Assembly: GCA_045567915.1 (NCBI GenBank)
Contig: JBJLCA010000039.1
Span: 1,879-65,878 of the forward strand
Direction: 5' to 3'
Source: Candidatus Poseidoniales archaeon
GTDB lineage: Archaea > Thermoplasmatota > Poseidoniia > MGIII > CG-Epi1
Length of the DNA stretch: 64,000 nucleotides
Part shown: positions 1 to 9,452 of the stretch, piece after piece
How the letters are laid out: each line of letters begins with the position of its first letter
Numbering within the stretch: position 1 is the stretch's first letter
Notes under the pieces: model-generated
Told to the model about the DNA's origin: nothing
The model's input: only the letters and a program-made list of their open reading frames with translations
Databases searched by the model: none
Program-made: the position numbers and the translations under genes

Positions 1-14
1 AGGAGGCAAAAAAA

Positions 15-326
15 ATGGAATACGTCTATACAGCAATGTTGTTGCATTCAGCAGGAACAGAAGTAAGCGCAAAAAGCGTAGAAAAAGTCTTGAAAGCCGC
101 AGGCGTCAAGGCAGACAAATCAAGAGCAGAAGCTCTTGTCGCATCTCTTGAAGGAGTAGATATCGAAGAAGCAATGGCTACAGCAGCAGTAGCAGCACCA
201 GCAGCTAGCGGTGCAGCACCTGCAGCAGCATCTTCAGAAGAAGCTCCAGCAGAAGAAGCTGAAGAAGAAGAAGAAGAAGTAAGCGAAGAAGACGCAGTAT
301 CTGGACTAGGTGCACTTTTCGGTTAA
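15..326 (+). CDS. rpl12: 50S ribosomal stalk protein P1 (L12)
   Basis: [15 protein letters not shown]-terminus, Ala-rich hinge, acidic tail ending GLGALFG; AGGAGG SD upstream. Confidence 0.97.
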   Translation: MEYVYTAMLLHSAGTEVSAKSVEKVLKAAGVKADKSRAEALVASLEGVDIEEAMATAAVAAPAASGAAPAAASSEEAPAEEAEEEEEEVSEEDAVSGLGALFG

Positions 327-357
327 GATTGAATGGGCATAGAGCCCTATAAATTCA

Positions 358-1533
358 ATGGATTCCGATCAGGAAAACCAAGCCACTACAGCATCTGAAG
401 ATAATCCTTCTTCAAATAATAGCGAAAGCTCTGTAGATACGCAAGAAGATTTCAGCAAATTCTCTGTTGATGAATTAAAATCTAAACTCAAAGAGGCCGG
501 TTTGCCAGTTTCTGGTAAAAAGGCAGAACTCGTGGAGAGGTTAGAGTCTTCTACATCTGAAAAATCAGATGCAGACTCAGAAGAGGATTCAGAGACAGAT
601 AAAGATTCACAAGTAACCGATGAGGATTCAGAAAAAGCTGATGCTAAACCAGTATTCACACTAGAGGAACTAGAGCAGTTATCTAGATCTCAATTGCGAA
701 AAATACGAAAGGATTATCATCATAAAGCTGAAGAATTAAGAGTTGCTAGAGATGAATTAAATCTCACCTCGCAAACACATGCAGCTGAAAGGAATGAATT
801 GAATGTTAAAGCGAAAGAATACATGGACGAGGTCCATATGTATCGAGATAGGCGAAATGGCTTAAATGTTGAAGTAGGCCAAATTAGGGACGAGAGAAAT
901 GAAGTCACCGAAAAAGTGAATTCACTAAAAGACAATTTCTTATCATTAAAACGTAAAAGGTTTTCAGGTCAAAATTTACCTCCAATATCAAGACTCCGAA
1001 AGCAAATACAAGAATTAGAAATTAAACAAATGACCACTCCACTTACAACAGATAAGGAAAGGGCATTAGTTGAGGAAATTTCATCCTTACAAAATAAAAT
1101 TAAGCAGCATGATGACTTGATTGAAACTGATACCGAAGTTTTAGATGCTAGAGACACATTTAGAGAATCTGAAAATAAGCGTCGTGAATTAAGTAAATCA
1201 ATGCAAAAGAGCCGTCAAGAAGCTCAAACAGCTCATCACTCAATGAAAGATTCATTAAGACTTAATCGTTCAACCCGTAGAAAAGCAGATGCAGCTCAGA
1301 GAGCCTTTGTAAAAGCTAAAGAAAAAGCGGATATTGTTCACAATGAATATATTGAATACTTGAGAGGCATGCAAGAAATCGACAGAATGACTGCATCCCA
1401 AGGTAAATCAGGTTCTTTAGCAGATCAAAAAGCTAGCGCAGCTAGTGCAGAGGATTTGTTTGCCAAGTTCTTGGCAGGTGAAAAATTGTCAACTGAGCAA
1501 CTAATGATTATTCAAAAAGCAGGAATGCTTTAA
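358..1533 (+). CDS. SAP-domain plus long coiled-coil protein (COG1340-like archaeal coiled-coil protein)
   Basis: SAP motif FSVDELKSKLKEAGLPVSGKKAELVERL; coiled coil with QMTTPLTTDKERALVEEI and C-terminal GEKLSTEQLMIIQK typical of COG1340. Confidence 0.75.
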   Translation: MDSDQENQATTASEDNPSSNNSESSVDTQEDFSKFSVDELKSKLKEAGLPVSGKKAELVERLESSTSEKSDADSEEDSETDKDSQVTDEDSEKADAKPVFTLEELEQLSRSQLRKIRKDYHHKAEELRVARDELNLTSQTHAAERNELNVKAKEYMDEVHMYRDRRNGLNVEVGQIRDERNEVTEKVNSLKDNFLSLKRKRFSGQNLPPISRLRKQIQELEIKQMTTPLTTDKERALVEEISSLQNKIKQHDDLIETDTEVLDARDTFRESENKRRELSKSMQKSRQEAQTAHHSMKDSLRLNRSTRRKADAAQRAFVKAKEKADIVHNEYIEYLRGMQEIDRMTASQGKSGSLADQKASAASAEDLFAKFLAGEKLSTEQLMIIQKAGML

Positions 1534-1575
1534 TTTTAGTCTAAATTTTTTAACTACCTTTTAAATTTGGTATAA

Positions 1576-3501
1576 ATGAGTAGACCTATTTGGGTGCCTT
1601 CAAATGAAAGAATTAATAATTCTTTGATGCATAAATTTATGCAAAAGGGCCCTAAAGTTTTTGATTCATATTTTGAGTTACACAAGTGGTCTGTAGAGCA
1701 TATGGAAAGTTTTTGGTCTCAGTTTTGGGAATTTTCCAATATCAAGTATTCAAAGAATTACGATTCAATATTAGAGAATCCAGTGATGCCAGGTGCTAAG
1801 TGGTTTTCAGGTTCTGAGATTAATTATGCTGAAAATTTACTGAATGGAGATCCAAATCAAGTGGCAATCATCTCCTTAGGAGAAGATAAACCTGCAAAAT
1901 CAATAACATTTCAAGAACTTAACCAGAAGGTATCTTCTGTTCAGAAAGGTTTAGTTAGTCTAGGTGTAAAGAAGGATACAATTGTAGCAGGTTTTGTTCC
2001 TAATTGTGTCGAAACCGTAATTATTATGCTTGCAGTTTCTTCACTTGGAGGGATATGGACTTCCTGTTCACCAGATTTTGGGGCAAAGGGCGTGGTTGAT
2101 AGGTTTGGACAAGTCAATCCTCATATCCTAATTACTTCAAATGGATACAGTTATAATGGAAAAATATTCCAATTAGAAGAAAAAGTCAATGGAGTTCTAG
2201 AAGTAATTGATAGTATTAAACATATCATTGAAATAGAATACATTGATATTCAATCTGAATTTAATCATGATTCAGTTATCTCTTTTCGCAAATTATTAGA
2301 TAATGAAGCCGCACCTCCAAAGTTTGAGCAATTGCCTTTTGATCATCCACTATACATAATGTATTCATCAGGGACTACGGGACCTCCAAAGTCGATTGTA
2401 CATGGTGCAGGAGGCACATTAATTCAACATATGAAGGAACATCAACTTCACTGTGATGTTCAAGCAGGTAAATCTAAAATGTTTTGGTTTACTACATGTG
2501 GATGGATGATGTGGAATTGGTTAGTTTCAGGTCTTTCTTCAGGAGCTACCATAGTTTTGTATGATGGAAGTCCAAGTTATCCCAATCTTGGGAAGCTATG
2601 GAAGATAATAGATGATGTTGGAATCACTCATTTCGGAACGAGTCCTAAATTTTTGAGTGCGTGTGATTCAGCTAAAATCTTACCAAATGAGTTCTGCACT
2701 TTGGATAGCTTACAAGCAATATTGTCTACAGGTTCTCCTTTAGTTGAAGAGCAGTTTGATTGGATTTACGATCATGTCAAATCAGATATCCAACTTTCAT
2801 CGATATCTGGTGGTACAGACATAATAGGTTGCTTTTTGGCAGGTTCACCAACACTTCCCGTTTTCCGTGGAGAGCTACAATGTCCACAGTTAGGCATGGC
2901 AGTTCAATCTTGGAATGATGAAGGTGTAGCATTAATTGGAGAAAGTGGAGAGTTAGTATGTACCAAACCGTTCCCATCAATGCCTATTGGATTTTGGAAT
3001 GATCAAAATGGTTCGAATTATAATTCAGCATACTTTGAAGAATTCAAGGGAGTTTGGACACACGGTGATTATTTAGAGATTACAGAAAATGGCGGTGCAA
3101 TAATATATGGAAGAAGCGATACTACGTTAAATCCAGGTGGAGTAAGAATTGGAACTGCTGAGATATATCGCTCAATTGAGAGCTTTGAGGAAATCATTGA
3201 TTCTGTAGTCATAGGAAAACCAGAGGGTTCAGATGTATCTATTGTCCTATGCTTAAAATTGATAGAAGGTATGAATATTACAAAAGTTTTGGAGGATGAA
3301 ATAAAACTTCAGATACGGAATTCAACAAGCCCTCGTCATGTTCCAAATTTTGTATTCCAAGTAGAAGATATTCCATATACTATTAGCGGAAAGAAAGTTG
3401 AAAAAGCAGTTCTGCATTCAATTTTAGGCAAGAAGATTAAAAATAAAGATGCTTTGGCAAATCCGGAATCACTGGCAGAATATGCTAATTTACCATTCTA
3501 A
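1576..3501 (+). CDS. Acetoacetate--CoA ligase (acetoacetyl-CoA synthetase)
   Basis: AMP-binding motif YSSGTTGPPK, FTTCGWMMWNWLVSGL, SISGGTD, LNPGGVRIGTAEIY, SGKKVE. Confidence 0.93.
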   Translation: MSRPIWVPSNERINNSLMHKFMQKGPKVFDSYFELHKWSVEHMESFWSQFWEFSNIKYSKNYDSILENPVMPGAKWFSGSEINYAENLLNGDPNQVAIISLGEDKPAKSITFQELNQKVSSVQKGLVSLGVKKDTIVAGFVPNCVETVIIMLAVSSLGGIWTSCSPDFGAKGVVDRFGQVNPHILITSNGYSYNGKIFQLEEKVNGVLEVIDSIKHIIEIEYIDIQSEFNHDSVISFRKLLDNEAAPPKFEQLPFDHPLYIMYSSGTTGPPKSIVHGAGGTLIQHMKEHQLHCDVQAGKSKMFWFTTCGWMMWNWLVSGLSSGATIVLYDGSPSYPNLGKLWKIIDDVGITHFGTSPKFLSACDSAKILPNEFCTLDSLQAILSTGSPLVEEQFDWIYDHVKSDIQLSSISGGTDIIGCFLAGSPTLPVFRGELQCPQLGMAVQSWNDEGVALIGESGELVCTKPFPSMPIGFWNDQNGSNYNSAYFEEFKGVWTHGDYLEITENGGAIIYGRSDTTLNPGGVRIGTAEIYRSIESFEEIIDSVVIGKPEGSDVSIVLCLKLIEGMNITKVLEDEIKLQIRNSTSPRHVPNFVFQVEDIPYTISGKKVEKAVLHSILGKKIKNKDALANPESLAEYANLPF

Positions 3502-3510
3502 AGGCTTTAA

Positions 3511-6500
3511 ATGGAACACTTCTACCAAAATATGAAATCCCTATTTGTCTTATTACTTTTTGTCACATCAATCGTGGCAAATCACGTAGACATAGAGGCA
3601 AAGCATTCAGGTGAAACTGAGATTAAAATTGAATACATAGACTGTGGCCCTTCCTCATTTTCTGACAGTGTCAAAAGTTCTTTTTTAAAGAAGATTAATA
3701 GTAATTATTTGGATTCAGAATTATACAAGCTGACAGACTGGATTGTGTTAATTAATGATAATCATTGTCATCATGATTTAGATTTTTTATTTAACTTATC
3801 TAATCTGGAAGCATATCATTCAATAAGAATTATTGATGGGGGCTGGAGTATAAGCTTTCAGTCTGGAGACATTGCTTATTCCGTATTAGATAACTGGAGA
3901 AATACCGGAAAAGTTTGGGGTTTTTATCCAGAAATTAGCATAAGAAATGAATTGCGTTATGAGCCTAATGATCCATATTATGTTTCAGGAGATCAATGGT
4001 ATTTGAACAATTATGGTCAAAATGGCGGAAATTCGGGAATTGACATCAGTCCCCAAAGTGCTTGGGAAAACTATGACGGAGCAGGCATACGTATTGGAGT
4101 AGTTGATGACGGTATAGATTATGATAATCCAGATTTGTCTGCTAATTTTGCGAGTTCTTTGAGTTATGATTATTGTGATGACGATGGTGATGTTATGCCT
4201 TCAGATTCAGACAATGACGGTGAAATTGACTGGCATGGTACTGCGGTTGCTGGCATAGTCTCCGCAAAAGGTAACAATAGTATAGGGATTTCAGGCGTTT
4301 CCTATAATTCAGATTTGGTAGGGATAAGACTGGTTGCAGATTCTTGTAATTCATCATTTACCTTAGATGAATCTGAGGCATATGCGCTTAATCATAGATT
4401 AGATGTTGTAGACATTTATGCAAATAGTTGGGGTCCACCAGATGACGGTAATCTTTTAGGTGAAATAGGTCCTTTAGCATTGTCAGCCTTAGAGGAAGGA
4501 GTCTCTGAAGGTCGCGACGGGTTAGGTTCCATTTATGTTTGGGCTGCAGGCAACGGTCACCAAAATGGAGATAATTCTAATAAAGATGCTTATGCAAACA
4601 GTAGATATACTGTAGCTGTAGGAGCAATAAATTGGAAAGGCGAACGTACAGAGTATTCAGAATCAGGATCAAATTTAATGCTTGTAGCACCTTCACATAA
4701 CAATAGTGAATGGGTTGATCCAGCTATATTTTCAACAGATATTTCAGGATCTGATGGTCACACTAATACAAGTTATTTAGATGATATGGGAGGTACTTCA
4801 GCATCTACACCGATGGTTGCAGGAGTAATTGCATTAATGCTAGAAGCAAATCCTGATTTGACATGGCGTGACGTCCAACATATCCTAGTAAGAACATCTA
4901 AAATGGTAGACAGTTCTAATGAAGGTTGGTTTAAGACATATGAAGGACGCGATTATAATCACGCATATGGATATGGTCTAGTCGATGCTAGCAGCGCAGT
5001 TAACCTTGCTAGAAATTGGGAAAACGTAACTGGAGAAATGAATTTAACAGAAGTTACTGCTAATACAGGAAAAATCATGGTGAATGAAATTATAAGTGAT
5101 GCCAATGAGTTGGGAGTAACTTCGGAATTCTTTGTTAAGGAAAGCATAGATATAGAAACGATTGAGATAAAAGTCAATATTTCACATTCTTGGAGGGGAG
5201 ATTTGAATTTATTTTTAGAATCTCCTAATGGTATTGTATCTGAGTTAGTTCGAGAAAGTAATGATGGTAATGATAATTATCGAGATTGGACTTTTTCATC
5301 AGTAGTTCATTGGGATGAAAATTCGTTTGGACTTTGGAAATTAAAAGCTAATGATACTGTGTTTGGAGGCGATACAGGAGTTTGGGTTGACTGGAATATG
5401 ACTATTTACGGTCATCCTGCAGCTGATCGCGATTTTGACGGACTTACTGATTTTGCAGAATCTAAGCTTGGAACTAAACTCTCAGATCCAGACGATGATA
5501 ATGACGGTTTATTAGATGGTGAAGAATATTATGGATGGTTAGATTTGCAAGGTAATTTCCATTTGACCGATCTTAAAGATCAAGATTCCGACGATGATGG
5601 AGTTACGGATTGGTATGAAGGCCGCGAGGATAACTTAACACGTTCACTTACCGATCCAAATGATAATGATACCGATGATGATGGAATACTTGACGGCTGT
5701 GAGATATATGGTTTAGATGATTGTGATAATTATGTAACAGATCCGTTAGAAGTAGATACTGATGGGGATGGAATCAGTGATTATGATGAAATTTTCGCTA
5801 ATTTACTTGAGCCTTCAAGGCTTAGAAGTGATCCAACTAAAATTGATTCGGATAATGACGGAATGCCAGATCCTTACGAATTAGATAATGGCTTTGGTCC
5901 TAAAGTAACTGCCGATGGCTTTCAAGATTCAGATTGTGATGGAGTGCAGGTTCAGTTTCAAGGTCTTGATTGTATTTTATTGAATGAGAATTCAATAAGG
6001 TATACTAATTACCAAGAATATTTAATGGGTACTAATCCAAATGACCCAGATACAGATTTAGATGGCCTACCTGATGGTTGGGAATATTTTTCTGGATTAA
6101 ATCCTTTAGTTGATGATTCTCATCTTGATTTCGATAATGATACGATTTCGAATATTTATGAGTTTAACAATTATTTGGTAGAGTCTGATATTTTTTCAAA
6201 AATGAGTTCAGGGTTGCGAGCCTATTGGCAATTTGAGTCTTCGTTCCCAACTGACGCAATAGGTTCAGGTCCGAGTTCACATTTTGCCTCGATGGTTAAT
6301 GGTGCAACTAAAATTCCTGCAAAACTGGCTAATGGTGTATATTGCGATGGTTCATCATCTCATCTAACTATTGATTCAATTAAGAATACGAAATTTACAG
6401 AATATACGGTACAGACTTGGGTTAAGTTGACCAATTATACAAACTTTGGGACTATAGTTGGGACGGCTACAGATGGTAGAACATGGTTAGGCATAGACTC

Positions 6501-7626
6501 TGAAGGTTTCATTCAATTTAGAGTATTCGCAGGTAATACCCTTTATTCAACACCTCTAGAAAATGATACGAGAGCAGCACTTGATGTCTGGTATCATGTT
6601 GCAGCAACTTATAGTGAAACTGGTAATTCATTAAGACTTTATGTTAATGGTACATTGGCTACAAATGCCACGATATCATCCTCGGATTCAATAAAAACAG
6701 CAGGAAGTAAAAATTACATTTGTAGAGGCCAAAGTGGAGCTTATCTTAACGGAACGGTAGATCATATTGCTATATGGGAAAGGGCATTTACAGAAGACGA
6801 AATAAGGTATTTTTATGAAAGACCATTAGCAATAGATAATTATTTCAATTTAAGGGTAGATGATGGAATAAGATACACGAATGCTAATTCTACAGATACT
6901 GATGAAGATGGTTTATCAGATGGGGAAGAATTCTATTTCGGTTTAGATGGATATTTAACAGATCCTACTAATAATGACACCGATGGAGATGGGTTGAACG
7001 ATTATCAGGAATGGTACTTCTTTGGAACGGACCCTACAACAAATGACACAGACTCCGATAATTTCACGGATGACATTGATATTTTCCCGCTAGATTCAAC
7101 AGAATGGATTGATACTGATGGAGATGGAGTTGGAGATAATTCAGATTATTTCCCACTTGATTTTAATGAAAGCAAAGACTCAGATTTAGATGGGTTGGGA
7201 GACAAACTTGAAATATTGATGCAAACTAATCCGTTTTCAAATGATACAGACGGAGATGGCAGTATTGATTCAATAGATAAATTTCCTTTAAATGACACTG
7301 AGTACTTAGATTCGGACAACGATGGTTTTGGAGACAATATTGATAAGTGTCCTGAAAATCCTAATGGTTATTTAGATTCAGACGATGATGGTTATTGTGA
7401 TAATGTGGATGCATTTCCATTAAATCCAAATGAATATTTGGATTCTGATAGTGATGGTTACGGCGACAATTCAGACAAGTATCCTAACGATTCTTCAAAG
7501 TCTAGTGATCCTCTTCAGAAAGTCGATAAGAATGATCCATTAAGTGGGGGAACCTTAGATTTGGCTTTACCTTATATTGTACTAATAGGTACACTTTATT
7601 TTATTTTCAAATTTTTCAGAAAATAA
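3511..7626 (+). CDS. Membrane-anchored kexin/furin-like S8 serine peptidase with P domain, Ca-binding DxDxDG repeats and LamG domain
   Basis: Signal peptide; catalytic D (VVDDG), H (HGTAVAG), N (AAGNG), S (GTSASTP); LTWRDVQH; P domain HSWRGDL; many DTDGDG repeats; WYHVAATY LamG motif; C-terminal TM. Confidence 0.92.
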   Translation: MEHFYQNMKSLFVLLLFVTSIVANHVDIEAKHSGETEIKIEYIDCGPSSFSDSVKSSFLKKINSNYLDSELYKLTDWIVLINDNHCHHDLDFLFNLSNLEAYHSIRIIDGGWSISFQSGDIAYSVLDNWRNTGKVWGFYPEISIRNELRYEPNDPYYVSGDQWYLNNYGQNGGNSGIDISPQSAWENYDGAGIRIGVVDDGIDYDNPDLSANFASSLSYDYCDDDGDVMPSDSDNDGEIDWHGTAVAGIVSAKGNNSIGISGVSYNSDLVGIRLVADSCNSSFTLDESEAYALNHRLDVVDIYANSWGPPDDGNLLGEIGPLALSALEEGVSEGRDGLGSIYVWAAGNGHQNGDNSNKDAYANSRYTVAVGAINWKGERTEYSESGSNLMLVAPSHNNSEWVDPAIFSTDISGSDGHTNTSYLDDMGGTSASTPMVAGVIALMLEANPDLTWRDVQHILVRTSKMVDSSNEGWFKTYEGRDYNHAYGYGLVDASSAVNLARNWENVTGEMNLTEVTANTGKIMVNEIISDANELGVTSEFFVKESIDIETIEIKVNISHSWRGDLNLFLESPNGIVSELVRESNDGNDNYRDWTFSSVVHWDENSFGLWKLKANDTVFGGDTGVWVDWNMTIYGHPAADRDFDGLTDFAESKLGTKLSDPDDDNDGLLDGEEYYGWLDLQGNFHLTDLKDQDSDDDGVTDWYEGREDNLTRSLTDPNDNDTDDDGILDGCEIYGLDDCDNYVTDPLEVDTDGDGISDYDEIFANLLEPSRLRSDPTKIDSDNDGMPDPYELDNGFGPKVTADGFQDSDCDGVQVQFQGLDCILLNENSIRYTNYQEYLMGTNPNDPDTDLDGLPDGWEYFSGLNPLVDDSHLDFDNDTISNIYEFNNYLVESDIFSKMSSGLRAYWQFESSFPTDAIGSGPSSHFASMVNGATKIPAKLANGVYCDGSSSHLTIDSIKNTKFTEYTVQTWVKLTNYTNFGTIVGTATDGRTWLGIDSEGFIQFRVFAGNTLYSTPLENDTRAALDVWYHVAATYSETGNSLRLYVNGTLATNATISSSDSIKTAGSKNYICRGQSGAYLNGTVDHIAIWERAFTEDEIRYFYERPLAIDNYFNLRVDDGIRYTNANSTDTDEDGLSDGEEFYFGLDGYLTDPTNNDTDGDGLNDYQEWYFFGTDPTTNDTDSDNFTDDIDIFPLDSTEWIDTDGDGVGDNSDYFPLDFNESKDSDLDGLGDKLEILMQTNPFSNDTDGDGSIDSIDKFPLNDTEYLDSDNDGFGDNIDKCPENPNGYLDSDDDGYCDNVDAFPLNPNEYLDSDSDGYGDNSDKYPNDSSKSSDPLQKVDKNDPLSGGTLDLALPYIVLIGTLYFIFKFFRK

Positions 7627-7627
7627 T

Positions 7628-9451
7628 TTATAATTTCTTTTCAACTCTTTCTGTAATTGTTGTAAGTAATTGTTCACAATCAATTAATACCTTATTCAAC
7701 TCAGTAATAGTTTTCTCAATATATTTTTTATCCTCAATACTATTCAAATTTATTCTAACGTTATACGCTGCAGATCTAGCTCCTGCAATGGACATATGTG
7801 CTCCAGAGCCCACATCACTGGCCATACTATCGTCCATTAACTTAGATATTCTTTTACAAACTTTTAACGCATTATAACAATTTTTGACTGTTTCTAGTGG
7901 TATTTCCGTTGCAGCTTTATATCCCTCTTGCATTTTCTCTGCACGTAGTTTTTTTTCAGAATCTGAATCTTTGGGCATTCTCATGGCCTTGATTACTTTA
8001 TCAAATGCGTTGGTATCTTCATCAATTGCGTTTACCAAGAATTCCTTAATTTTCTGACCATCTTCGGCGATTTGATTTAATTCATCACTATACTCTTCAA
8101 ATCCGGATTTAGATGCGCATAAATTAGCAACCATAACTCCAAGTGCAACACCTAATGAACCTGAAATGGCGGCCACAGATCCTCCACCTGGCGCTGGAGA
8201 ATCCCTAGATACTTCATCAATTAGGTCAAATGTTATTCGATTTGCGAGTTCACCATCATTTTTAGGCATACCTAGTATCTTATCAGCTGGATTAAAATCA
8301 CTAACGTCCGATAATCCTAGACTTTGAATTGCCACATTTACTAGGTCAATTGGTGGCATTCCTGAAGATTTACCCATTTTTCTCAGGTAATACTTTCCAG
8401 CTTCTTCAATTGCATTATAGGGTATGAGTCCTACGATTTCGGAGCCTGTAATTCTCAAACCTCTTTTTTCAGCTTCTTCACAAGCGGCTTCAAATATTTT
8501 GTGAATAGGGCTAATTTTGTAATTGGTTAGGTTCATACTAATTTGCGCTCTGTTATATTCTGGGATTACCCAACCTAACCCTTTTACATGTGTAAAACGT
8601 CCCTCCTTGTAAACTGGCTTACCAATCAGGTTATCAGGATCTAATCCTAAGGAGCAGTATCTTTTTCTAAAATCTCTTCCATCTTTACGATAGAAGTTTT
8701 CGATTTCTTCAAGATTTTTACCTATATAGTTGGAATTACTATCTGGATAGTACTCTTTACCGAAATTGACGACATCTCCCTTATAGTAGAAACTATCTTT
8801 CTGGTTAATTCTTTTCCACCTTCCTCTTTCCCTTAGCTCATAGGCTATTTCGTTTGCATAAGTTCGATCTGTAGTATTCAAATTGATATTATAAGCAATT
8901 AAAAATTCTCTAGCCCCAATAGCAGTAGCCCCAGATTTTACGTTTAACTTTTTTGGTCCAAAATCAGGTTTCCAATTTTTATCTTTCAATTTCTCGCCCA
9001 ATCCTTCGTATTCCCCATTTCTAACGTTTGCCAAATTTTTCCGTTCTTCGTTTGTGGCTGCCTTTTCGTACAGGAAAATAGGGATTTTGAGAAGTTTACC
9101 TACATCATTGCCCAACTTTTTAGCAATGTCAATACAGTCTTCCATAGACACGCTTGATACTGGAATGAAAGGACAAACATCTGTTGCACCCATTCTAGGA
9201 TGGGCTCCAGCATGTTTACTCATGTCGATTAGTTCGGCAGCTTTTTCAATTCCTTTAAATGCTGCCTTTCCTACATAATTACTTTCAGCGATAAATGTAA
9301 CAACGGTACGATTAGTATCTGAACCCATATCTATATCAAGTATTTCAACAGTTTTTACGGTTTTGATTGCATCACAAATTTTATCGATTATATTTTTATC
9401 TTTTCCCTCTGAAAAATTAGGTACACATTCAATAATTTTTTTTGATGACAT
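7628..9451 (-). CDS. ftcD: Glutamate formimidoyltransferase / formimidoyl-THF cyclodeaminase (bifunctional)
   Basis: IECVPNFSEG, HPRMGATDVCPF, APGGGSVAA cyclodeaminase motif; start moved to ATG 9451 just after the lysS stop. Confidence 0.95.
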   Translation of the reverse strand: MSSKKIIECVPNFSEGKDKNIIDKICDAIKTVKTVEILDIDMGSDTNRTVVTFIAESNYVGKAAFKGIEKAAELIDMSKHAGAHPRMGATDVCPFIPVSSVSMEDCIDIAKKLGNDVGKLLKIPIFLYEKAATNEERKNLANVRNGEYEGLGEKLKDKNWKPDFGPKKLNVKSGATAIGAREFLIAYNINLNTTDRTYANEIAYELRERGRWKRINQKDSFYYKGDVVNFGKEYYPDSNSNYIGKNLEEIENFYRKDGRDFRKRYCSLGLDPDNLIGKPVYKEGRFTHVKGLGWVIPEYNRAQISMNLTNYKISPIHKIFEAACEEAEKRGLRITGSEIVGLIPYNAIEEAGKYYLRKMGKSSGMPPIDLVNVAIQSLGLSDVSDFNPADKILGMPKNDGELANRITFDLIDEVSRDSPAPGGGSVAAISGSLGVALGVMVANLCASKSGFEEYSDELNQIAEDGQKIKEFLVNAIDEDTNAFDKVIKAMRMPKDSDSEKKLRAEKMQEGYKAATEIPLETVKNCYNALKVCKRISKLMDDSMASDVGSGAHMSIAGARSAAYNVRINLNSIEDKKYIEKTITELNKVLIDCEQLLTTITERVEKKL

Positions 9452-9452
9452 A

